Positions 7,715-14,962 of a stretch of DNA of 64,000 nucleotides are shown one piece after another. Made by a program: the position numbers and the translations under genes. The notes beneath the pieces were generated by a model. It was not told the DNA's origin, searched no databases, and saw only the letters and a program-made list of their open reading frames with translations. Source of the DNA: a virus; IMG/VR virus record IMGVR_UViG_3300035698_006566. One strand, written 5' to 3'. How positions within the stretch are numbered: the stretch's first letter is position 1; each line of letters starts with the position of its first letter.

Positions 7715-8586
7715 TGATTAAAGAAGGTGATATTGGACAAGCGAAGAAGGTGTATGAGAAAACAGTGACAGTTCTATCAGACTGGCTATCCAGTCATCCA
7801 GTGTTCAACAACCAGTTGATTATGGGGTTATCTGGGGGTATAGACTCAGCATTGGTTGCAACCTTGGCCTCAGAGGTAGTTACCGCCAACAACCTTCACC
7901 TGTTCTGGATGCCAACGGAATTTAGCACCCCGCTCAGCTTTGCCAGGGCTCAGGCTGTGGCCGAGGCTTTGGGTGTTCAACTACACACGGTAGATCTCCA
8001 ACCGGCCTTGGACGCGGTACGGGGAGCCCTCGGCTTTGATGGTAATGGTAATTTACCCGATCAGAACCTTCAAGCAAGGCTACGCATGGTCACTCTCATG
8101 TACCATGCCAACATGGGTGAGGGGGCTGTGTTGGAAACATCCAATCGCACCGAGTACTTCATGGGGTACTACACAGTGTATGGAGATGGAGCTGGTGCAG
8201 TATCGCCCATCGCCCACTTGTACAAGAGTGAAGTGTATCAGGTGTTGGAGGCAGCAAACAGTATCAGAGCTAGCAAGAATCAAGCGTTACTGCCCATGCA
8301 TGACCTGATGGGGGCCAAGCCAAGTGCTGAGCTGTGTAAGAACCAGGAAGATGAGGATGACCTACCCGCCACCTACGACGTGATGGACCGGATACTAGAG
8401 GCCAGATTTGACGGAGGCTGGAGAGACGGGGCACAAATGAAGAATGAGATCAGGAGATGGCGGAGTGACATTTCCCCAAAGCTGGTGGACGACATACTTA
8501 TCTGGGCTGATAGAGTGAGCTGGAAGAAATCGTTCTGTCCGCCCATCTTGGTAGCGTCTAGACAATCATGTGGGATAGTCAGATAA
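7696..8586 (+). CDS. nadE: NH3-dependent NAD+ synthetase
   Basis: PP-loop SGGIDS; QARLRMVTLMYHAN and other NadE signatures; start (7696 vs 7711) uncertain. Confidence 0.75.
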   Translation: MGVSCMMIKEGDIGQAKKVYEKTVTVLSDWLSSHPVFNNQLIMGLSGGIDSALVATLASEVVTANNLHLFWMPTEFSTPLSFARAQAVAEALGVQLHTVDLQPALDAVRGALGFDGNGNLPDQNLQARLRMVTLMYHANMGEGAVLETSNRTEYFMGYYTVYGDGAGAVSPIAHLYKSEVYQVLEAANSIRASKNQALLPMHDLMGAKPSAELCKNQEDEDDLPATYDVMDRILEARFDGGWRDGAQMKNEIRRWRSDISPKLVDDILIWADRVSWKKSFCPPILVASRQSCGIVR

Positions 8587-8595
8587 TCAGTGCTA

Positions 8596-8679
8596 GCGGA
8601 TGTGGCGGAACTGGTAGACGCACCACTTTGAGGGGGTGGCGGGGTAACAGCCTTGTGGGTTCAAATCCCACCGTTCGCA
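8596..8679 (+). tRNA. tRNA-Leu(GAG)
   Basis: class II; anticodon loop TTGAGGG; 15-nt variable arm; discriminator A. Confidence 0.75.
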
Positions 8680-8696
8680 TAACCAAGGAGTAGTTC

Positions 8697-8924
8697 ATGA
8701 GATGTATTGAGGAAATGTGGAAAGGGCTAAAGCTAATAGCCGACAAATATGACGGGGCGATGACATGTGCAGAGCACGATGAGCTGCATGTAGGGATAGG
8801 GACTAGTGACAGCTATCCCATCATGTGGAACTGGGCTGATGTTCCTGAAGATGTCCGTAAGGCCATGGAAACCTACGGCTGGGCTGAAGAGGATGAAGCT
8901 GGCTGTTGGAGGACATTCACATGA
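8697..8924 (+). CDS. hypothetical protein
   Basis: ORF track 75 aa; GGAG RBS. Confidence 0.4.
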   Translation: MRCIEEMWKGLKLIADKYDGAMTCAEHDELHVGIGTSDSYPIMWNWADVPEDVRKAMETYGWAEEDEAGCWRTFT

Positions 8925-9493
8925 TCTATGTGGGTGTAGGGAGTAGGGAAACCCCACCTGATATCCTCAAGACCATGAAGAAGATCGGTAAGGCACTGGC
9001 TAATTACGGATGGACTCTTAGGAGTGGGGGTGCAAAGGGTGCAGACACCGCATTTGAAGAAGGGTGTGATCTGGCTAAAGGACTTAAGGAGATCTACATA
9101 CCATCTGATGGTTTCAATGGCCGCAGTAAATACGAGGTAGGGGTGAGTGTGCCCGCTGGACCAATGTTAGAATGTGCCTTTGCCTTGGCAGAGGAGCTCC
9201 ACCCAACGTGGGCTAGCTGTAGTGTCTATGCCAAACTACTTCATGCCCGCAATGGATTCCAAGTAATGGGGAAGAACCTGAACACTGGGGCTGACGTAGT
9301 GGTATGTTGGACTATTGATGGTCGCATGGCAGGGGGAACAGGTCAGGCACTTAGGATTGCCCGCAAATGTAAGATACCTACAGTTAATCTAGGCCAGTGT
9401 ACCTATGACGACATGGACTTGACCAAGCTGTTGGCGGCTATAGTGGCAAAAGCACACAGAGATGTAGAAGGAGGTTCCAATGGCACTCGCTAA
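8921..9493 (+). CDS. SLOG/DprA-like Rossmann-fold protein
   Basis: GSRETP...SGGAKGADTAFEEG resembles DprA/Smf-LOG family; track ORF begins at an upstream TTG (8906); ATG at 8921 has a GGAGGAC RBS. Confidence 0.4.
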   Translation: MIYVGVGSRETPPDILKTMKKIGKALANYGWTLRSGGAKGADTAFEEGCDLAKGLKEIYIPSDGFNGRSKYEVGVSVPAGPMLECAFALAEELHPTWASCSVYAKLLHARNGFQVMGKNLNTGADVVVCWTIDGRMAGGTGQALRIARKCKIPTVNLGQCTYDDMDLTKLLAAIVAKAHRDVEGGSNGTR

Positions 9494-10004
9494 GTCAGAC
9501 AACTTAGTAATATATGTAATGGTGGGCGTACCAGCCAGTGGCAAGTCTACTTGGGCTAAGGACAAGATGACAGATGCCCTGCTTAAACCAATGGCATACC
9601 TGGAGAGTGATGCCGTCAGGTTTATGCTAACCGGGGGTCATCCTACATGGGCACCTCAAGAGCATCGTATGCTGTTTGACACCATGAACGCCATGGCCCG
9701 TAATCTGGTCATTAACGGGTTTAGTCTCATCTACGATTCAACAGGGAATACCCGCAGGGCCAGAGAGGATGTATTGAAGCTGGGCAAATGGGTTGGTGCC
9801 CGTATGATAGGTGTTGTGATGAACACCCCTATCAGCACCTGCCTGACCAGAGACAAAGACTCCAACAGGCTATCTAACGGTAGGTCAGTTGGTGAGGACG
9901 TTATCAACAAATCAGCGGCTAAGTTTGAGACGCCCACCGCAGATGAAGGGTTTGATGAGATACTCATACTCAACACCGGTACAGGCATGGGGGCTGTAGA
10001 ATGA
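9480..10004 (+). CDS. polynucleotide 5'-kinase (Pnk-like, kinase domain only)
   Basis: Walker A GVPASGKST; downstream D-T-N / R...G..IGVVMNTP...CL.R pattern as in the T4 Pnk kinase domain; no phosphatase domain. Confidence 0.6.
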   Translation: MALAKSDNLVIYVMVGVPASGKSTWAKDKMTDALLKPMAYLESDAVRFMLTGGHPTWAPQEHRMLFDTMNAMARNLVINGFSLIYDSTGNTRRAREDVLKLGKWVGARMIGVVMNTPISTCLTRDKDSNRLSNGRSVGEDVINKSAAKFETPTADEGFDEILILNTGTGMGAVE

Positions 10005-10264
10005 TATCAGAAGAATACCCAGCCTACCTCCTAGAAGAGGTTAAGAGTGTTGGGATGGGTTTGGGCATGTTGGCCAACAGCTTCCCGTATGGGGAGTTTA
10101 TGGCTGACTTTGAAAAGCTTATCTTCCGTCCAAGGCATAAGGAGGGTGGAGCCCCGGATAAAGCGGATGAAGGTATATCTGAGCAAGACATGCTGGTGCT
10201 AACATCCCTGGGGTGGGCTATTGAAACAGAAGCTTGTCAACAACAGTGGTACAAGTATGTATAG
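10001..10264 (+). CDS. hypothetical acidic protein
   Basis: ORF track 87 aa, start overlaps previous stop. Confidence 0.35.
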   Translation: MISEEYPAYLLEEVKSVGMGLGMLANSFPYGEFMADFEKLIFRPRHKEGGAPDKADEGISEQDMLVLTSLGWAIETEACQQQWYKYV

Positions 10265-10704
10265 GAGACCATAACGTATCTATAGCGGGTGTCCTCAGAT
10301 ACTTAGGGCTAAAACAAGCTGGGGGCACCCATACCCATATATCCAAGAGACTGATGGAGTTAGAAGTAAACACCTCCCACTTTCTAGGGCAGGGATCTAA
10401 CCGAGGACCTAGGCATGTAGGGGGTTGTAAAAGGAGAGAGTGGGAGGATATATTAGTACTCAGGGATGTAGGTAAGAGGGAAAAGACATACCAGTTGGTA
10501 GGGGCACTGACTGAGTATGGTAGAAAGTACAAATGCACTGAGTGTGGCAACGTAGGTGAGTGGAACGACAAAAAGCTAGTGCTGCAAGTAGACCATATAG
10601 ACGGTAATTGGCTAAATGATGCACCTAAGAACTTGCGGTTTTTGTGCCCCAACTGTCACTCACAGTCCCCGGGGTGGTGTGGTAAGAAGAATACGGATAG
10701 GTAG
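10234..10704 (+). CDS. HNH homing endonuclease (paralog 1)
   Basis: C-terminal HNH: KLVLQVDHIDGNWLNDAPKNLRFLCPNCHS; N-terminal domain homologous to ORF 28011..28487; stop codon lies inside the downstream tRNA. Confidence 0.75.
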   Translation: MSTTVVQVCIGDHNVSIAGVLRYLGLKQAGGTHTHISKRLMELEVNTSHFLGQGSNRGPRHVGGCKRREWEDILVLRDVGKREKTYQLVGALTEYGRKYKCTECGNVGEWNDKKLVLQVDHIDGNWLNDAPKNLRFLCPNCHSQSPGWCGKKNTDR

Positions 10705-10768
10705 CCCAACTGGTAGAGGCGTTGCCTTTAGGCGGCAAAGGTTGTGGGTTCGACTCCCATCCTGTCCA
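10695..10768 (+). tRNA. tRNA with anticodon TAG (Leu/CUA-reading) but class-I (short variable loop) architecture
   Basis: acceptor GGATAGG/CCTGTCC; anticodon stem TTGCC/GGCAA, loop TTTAGGC; 5-nt variable loop; T-loop TTCGACT; discriminator A. Confidence 0.45.
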
Positions 10769-10807
10769 TTGAGTAACCACATAACACTAATACATCGGAG
10801 TAACTAT

Positions 10808-11257
10808 ATGCCTGAGTACATACATGACTGCTGTGGATGTACCTTCTTGGAGACATCAAAGGTTAACTATAGCCGTACTGTGGACTGGTACTACTGTTAC
10901 GGTAAAATGTCTGGGGGTACAGTACTTGGTCGATATGGGGATGACCCCCAGGATTACTGGTCAACAGATGTGGATATCATATCCACCAACTTGGATAAAG
11001 CTAAGAACGGTGGGTACTGGGCTAAAGCTATAGAGCTGTACCACAAGCACAACCTAGCAATTGCATTAGATGGAGGAGTCAACATGCCGGTGTACACATC
11101 AAGGGAATTCAGTGATAGAGAAGGGGTGACAGTAGAAGCCCCCAACATGGAAATAGCGGAAGAGAAGCTGGCTGAAGTGTCAGAAGAACATGGCGTTACG
11201 TTCATACTTACCGGGAGGGTAGATCACAATGACAGCAAACCCGACACTAGTAGCTAA
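10808..11257 (+). CDS. hypothetical protein
   Basis: track ORF 10616.. overlaps the tRNA; first ATG after the tRNA (10808) has a GGAG RBS. Confidence 0.5.
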   Translation: MPEYIHDCCGCTFLETSKVNYSRTVDWYYCYGKMSGGTVLGRYGDDPQDYWSTDVDIISTNLDKAKNGGYWAKAIELYHKHNLAIALDGGVNMPVYTSREFSDREGVTVEAPNMEIAEEKLAEVSEEHGVTFILTGRVDHNDSKPDTSS

Positions 11258-11828
11258 GCAGGGACTGACTGATGAGGACGTGGAAAAGATAGAAAAGCTC
11301 CACTTAAAACGTGCCAGACTGTTTGTGAAGATGCTGGAGTATGCCGGTATTAAGGACTGGACCGCCCTGAAGATAAGGGCTTTGGAGCTGGAGGAAATAG
11401 AGTTCAAGCTTCAAGATGCGTGGAAGTTCAAACGTGACTCTCGTCTCCACCGGTTCTGGAACGCTCCTGGTTGTGCATGCCCCCGTCTAGACAATGAAGA
11501 TAGACTGGGTACTGGGTTTGCTATGATGAGTGCTGCCTGCCCTATCCATGGGGGATATGTTGAAGGGGCTGAGAAGGTTGATGTACTGGGTGAGTATACC
11601 CCACCAACGGACCCACCGGTACCAGAGCGGCGTAACTGTATACCATTGCCTATCAAGGTAGAGGTGAACTTCCGTAACCAGGAGTCTGCCAACCACTTCT
11701 TACGCTGGATGGAGGAGTATGGGTGTAACAGCTACTGGAGCTGGATTGAAGGCCAGGATGTACCGGAAGATAATACTGTTGAGTCCTTTGATGTGGTGGA
11801 TGGATTCAACAGGATCAATGCGTTCTAA
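11229..11828 (+). CDS. hypothetical protein
   Basis: ORF track 199 aa. Confidence 0.5.
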   Translation: MTANPTLVAKQGLTDEDVEKIEKLHLKRARLFVKMLEYAGIKDWTALKIRALELEEIEFKLQDAWKFKRDSRLHRFWNAPGCACPRLDNEDRLGTGFAMMSAACPIHGGYVEGAEKVDVLGEYTPPTDPPVPERRNCIPLPIKVEVNFRNQESANHFLRWMEEYGCNSYWSWIEGQDVPEDNTVESFDVVDGFNRINAF

Positions 11829-11837
11829 CTAGTAACC

Positions 11838-11909
11838 GCCGTCGTAACTCAATGGTAGAGACTGTGTTTCGTAATCACAGAGTTAAGGGTTCGATTCCCT
11901 TCGGCGGCT
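11838..11909 (+). tRNA. tRNA-Thr(CGT)
   Basis: cloverleaf with anticodon loop TTCGTAA (U31-U39 mispair); T-loop TTCGATT. Confidence 0.6.
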
Positions 11910-11915
11910 TCATTT

Positions 11916-11988
11916 GCCAGCGTAACTCAGAGGCTAGAGTCCCTGTTTTGTAGTCAGGTGGTCGGGGGTTCGAATCCCTCCGCTGGCC
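11916..11988 (+). tRNA. tRNA-Thr(TGT)
   Basis: acceptor GCCAGCG/CGCTGGC; anticodon loop TTTGTAG; T-loop TTCGAAT. Confidence 0.65.
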
Positions 11989-12013
11989 CTAACAACTAAA
12001 GGTATAATAGGAT

Positions 12014-12217
12014 ATGGGTACAAAAGTGAAATGCTCCATACTGTCATGTGGCAATCATGACGGTAAGAAGTGTATGCTGAAGACAGTGGAACTGAAGATC
12101 CTACGGCTTAGGTGGGGCATCAACTGTAGTGGGTTTAAAATAGACACTGGACGTAGTGTTGCGGATAAGATGAGGTCGAATCTAGGCCCTACACCAGACG
12201 CATTTAAGGAGGACTGA
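12014..12217 (+). CDS. hypothetical small protein
   Basis: ORF track 67 aa. Confidence 0.35.
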   Translation: MGTKVKCSILSCGNHDGKKCMLKTVELKILRLRWGINCSGFKIDTGRSVADKMRSNLGPTPDAFKED

Positions 12218-12220
12218 TAG

Positions 12221-12487
12221 ATGGAGTGGTATGAGTACATGGGGGTATCCCTAGGGGTGTGTGTCATATTGGGTGGGGTTGTTGGAGCGTTAATATGTAG
12301 GCACTACGAGAAGAAGACATGGAACAATGGGGTGTGTGCTGAAACAGGTAATCCTTGGATTAGCTTTGATACAGATAGCCAAGGTGGTAGAGGATACAAG
12401 AGCGAATATGATTCTGGTGAACCGGATACCATATACATCTGGATATCGTACAACGTGGACAAGATTGATGAAAGAAGAGTGGGCTGA
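12221..12487 (+). CDS. membrane protein
   Basis: ORF track; TM GVSLGVCVILGGVVGALIC. Confidence 0.4.
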   Translation: MEWYEYMGVSLGVCVILGGVVGALICRHYEKKTWNNGVCAETGNPWISFDTDSQGGRGYKSEYDSGEPDTIYIWISYNVDKIDERRVG

Positions 12488-12513
12488 TAGGATAAGGATA
12501 TTGGCCGACATAA

Positions 12514-12576
12514 CTCAGTTGGTAGAGTACTACATTGGTAATGTAGAAGTCACGGGTTCAACCCCCGTTGTCGGCT
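12514..12576 (+). tRNA. tRNA-Thr(GGT)
   Basis: acceptor GCCGACA/TGTCGGC; anticodon loop TTGGTAA; T-loop TTCAACC. Confidence 0.75.
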
Positions 12577-12605
12577 CTACATTTAGCTAGAGATAGGAGG
12601 TAGCT

Positions 12606-12911
12606 ATGTCCAGATCATACCGCAAGCCTGCGTATTATCACACTGGCGCTATTCACCCTAAGGCGGGTAAGAGGCTGACCTCTAAAACTATCCGCCATGC
12701 GGTTAGACAACTTCTGCATACAAACCCAAATGAGTTCGACTACGTTCACCCACAAGACAAGCTAAGGGGTAGTGCTGGTAGTCGTGCACCTGATTGGGGG
12801 TGTTCCTTCTTCGGTGATGGGAGAAGGTTGGTCAACACCGGCAAGTTCTGGAAATATCATGGATCGAATGTCGAGAACAAAGAATGGATGGAAAAACTGA
12901 AAAGGAAATGA
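12606..12911 (+). CDS. hypothetical basic protein
   Basis: ORF track 101 aa; GGAGG RBS. Confidence 0.45.
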   Translation: MSRSYRKPAYYHTGAIHPKAGKRLTSKTIRHAVRQLLHTNPNEFDYVHPQDKLRGSAGSRAPDWGCSFFGDGRRLVNTGKFWKYHGSNVENKEWMEKLKRK

Positions 12912-13504
12912 GTATGAAGATCACGTTCGGAAAATTCATTGGGTATGACACAAGTGAAGTACCCGAGTCCTATCTAGTATGGTGCTGTGAGAACCTGATT
13001 GGCGTCCAACACTTCCCATTGATCAAGGAAGCCTGTAGGTTGCTGAAGACTGAGTGGCCTCCGGATAGAATGAAGGACAAGGTAGCAGAGCTGGAGAAGA
13101 ATGAGGAACAATCAAAAACAGGATTTCGGCGCACCCTTAAGAAAGGCACCGAGTTAAGGGTTGTACCAGAGAAGGCAGAGCTACCGGGGGCAGAAGCAAA
13201 GGCAGTAGTAGAGCCTAAGGTTGAATACAAAGGCCCAGCACCACTAACACCCAAAGAAAAGGAGCCCCTAGCCCCTGGGCCTACCCACAAGAAAGTACTG
13301 CCTACCATGCACAACTACGTAGCTAAGTTCCATGAAGGGGCCTGGGCTGTGATGAGTAATGGAAAACGGGTGTTCCCAACCAGCAGTGAGACCCAGGCCA
13401 AGCTAATGGCTGATTTTGCCAACATGATACATACCGAGGCAGTCTTTAATGCAGTGGAAGAAACACTGAAGACCCTCAGGAAAAGACTAGTAACCAATGG
13501 CTAA
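12908..13504 (+). CDS. DUF3820-like protein (KITFGK[FY]xG...VP..YL.W motif)
   Basis: MSMKITFGKFIGYDTSEVPESYLVWC; AAGGAA RBS before ATG 12908. Confidence 0.45.
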   Translation: MSMKITFGKFIGYDTSEVPESYLVWCCENLIGVQHFPLIKEACRLLKTEWPPDRMKDKVAELEKNEEQSKTGFRRTLKKGTELRVVPEKAELPGAEAKAVVEPKVEYKGPAPLTPKEKEPLAPGPTHKKVLPTMHNYVAKFHEGAWAVMSNGKRVFPTSSETQAKLMADFANMIHTEAVFNAVEETLKTLRKRLVTNG

Positions 13505-13748
13505 CATACGGTGGGAAAACAGGAAACATGACTTCTGGTTTTACACCAAAGTCGGCAAGAAGATAAGAGAGGGCTTTACCCAAATAGGGTTAACCTCAAT
13601 GAAAGTAGGTAGATACTTCCTTTATCTAGGTTGGGAAAGATGCACATGGTGTGGCCGTCCCACGGGAATAGATATGATACAATCCGGTAAAGGTATTAGG
13701 TGTGACAACTCATCTCATGATTGCACTAAGGAGCCTAGAGGATGGTAG
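13497..13748 (+). CDS. hypothetical Cys/His-containing protein
   Basis: ORF track 83 aa. Confidence 0.4.
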   Translation: MANIRWENRKHDFWFYTKVGKKIREGFTQIGLTSMKVGRYFLYLGWERCTWCGRPTGIDMIQSGKGIRCDNSSHDCTKEPRGW

Positions 13749-14158
13749 GTGATAACGAAGGCATGGACAACATATTCCGGATACCTATTGGAGACCGATG
13801 GGGGGATGGGCATGGCAAGTATGAGTCGTTCACAGTGAGGTCTAATAAGACTATCAAGGAAGTGAGGGCTATACACAAAAACCATGCGGAAGCCACTGGG
13901 GTAGATATCACTAAGGTGTGTGATAGGTATAGAGATAGCCTTGTGCCGGAGGAGGTGGCAACCCGTCTTGAAAAGCTAGGTATACCTCTTGAACGTATAG
14001 ATGAGGGCCCAGAATCCTCGGTTTATATGGATACGGAGGTGATGGCTGGGCTGTGGATGAGCTTACTAAAGCTTACAGATCCTACCTTTGAGTTCCAGTT
14101 TGTACGGAACGATATGGATACGTTGGACCACCATGTAGGTTACGGATTGTTTGAATAA
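13742..14158 (+). CDS. hypothetical protein
   Basis: ORF track 138 aa. Confidence 0.45.
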   Translation: MVGDNEGMDNIFRIPIGDRWGDGHGKYESFTVRSNKTIKEVRAIHKNHAEATGVDITKVCDRYRDSLVPEEVATRLEKLGIPLERIDEGPESSVYMDTEVMAGLWMSLLKLTDPTFEFQFVRNDMDTLDHHVGYGLFE

Positions 14159-14164
14159 TACCTC

Positions 14165-14240
14165 GCCCCCATAGCTCAGTGGAATTTAGAGCAGTGGCCT
14201 ACGAAGCCATGTGTCGCAGGTTCGAATCCTGCTGGGGGTA
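14165..14240 (+). tRNA. tRNA-Arg(ACG)
   Basis: anticodon loop CTACGAA; T-loop TTCGAAT; discriminator A. Confidence 0.75.
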
Positions 14241-14262
14241 TAACCAACTGAAAAGGAATCGT

Positions 14263-14502
14263 ATGAGATATATAATGGGTGGAGCCATTGGCTTCATCAT
14301 AGGTATGGTTGTGTCTACGTTCATGGCCTTAGCGATGATATCCAACACCAACCAAGTATACTATAACGCACAGGAGCATAGGGCTGAGCAGGTTGTGGTC
14401 TACAACAAGGCAGTAGCCAAGAGGGTCGCAGAGGCCATGGATAAGATGGAAGTGTTGTATCTAGACTGTCACTACGAACTACCATATGAGGAGTCACCAT
14501 GA
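14263..14502 (+). CDS. small membrane protein
   Basis: first ATG after the tRNA with AAAGGAA RBS; TM IMGGAIGFIIGMVVSTFMALAMI. Confidence 0.4.
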   Translation: MRYIMGGAIGFIIGMVVSTFMALAMISNTNQVYYNAQEHRAEQVVVYNKAVAKRVAEAMDKMEVLYLDCHYELPYEESP

Positions 14503-14897
14503 GAACAGAGGTAGAGTTACGCTACGCCCTAACTCGGTTAATAGCATCATACCAAGATAACCCATCTGCCAGACCATTGATAGAGGTCAACATAGCCACC
14601 ATATTATGGGCGTTAGAAGAGCTATGGATCGAATTCTACGTTGATGGAGAAGTCACTATGGTTGAGGTGGACACGCAACATCCAATCAATGCCCCTATCC
14701 CTCCATCAAGGCAAGAGAAGCAATGGTGGAGGATAACTGTTGGTGGCGGATACGGTTCTTTCGACATGTTAGCCACTGAGGCTGAGGCTGAACAAAGGCG
14801 CAAGGATAAGGCTAGGTGGGAACATGCAGCGGCCTATAAGGAGTTACTCACTCCAGAAGAGATAGCACTCAAAGAAGATAAAGGTGGCAGTAACTGA
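14499..14897 (+). CDS. hypothetical protein
   Basis: ORF track 132 aa. Confidence 0.45.
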   Translation: MRTEVELRYALTRLIASYQDNPSARPLIEVNIATILWALEELWIEFYVDGEVTMVEVDTQHPINAPIPPSRQEKQWWRITVGGGYGSFDMLATEAEAEQRRKDKARWEHAAAYKELLTPEEIALKEDKGGSN

Positions 14898-14962
14898 ATC
14901 CTGATGTACAATGAGGTGTGGGGTTACATAATGTAATCCCTAACCCTCAAGGAGTACCGAGA

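Noticed and set aside
8036-8308. ORFs 8036..8308(+) and 8080..8283(-) inside nadE
   Set aside because: Alternative-frame or antisense ORFs within a well-supported conserved gene.
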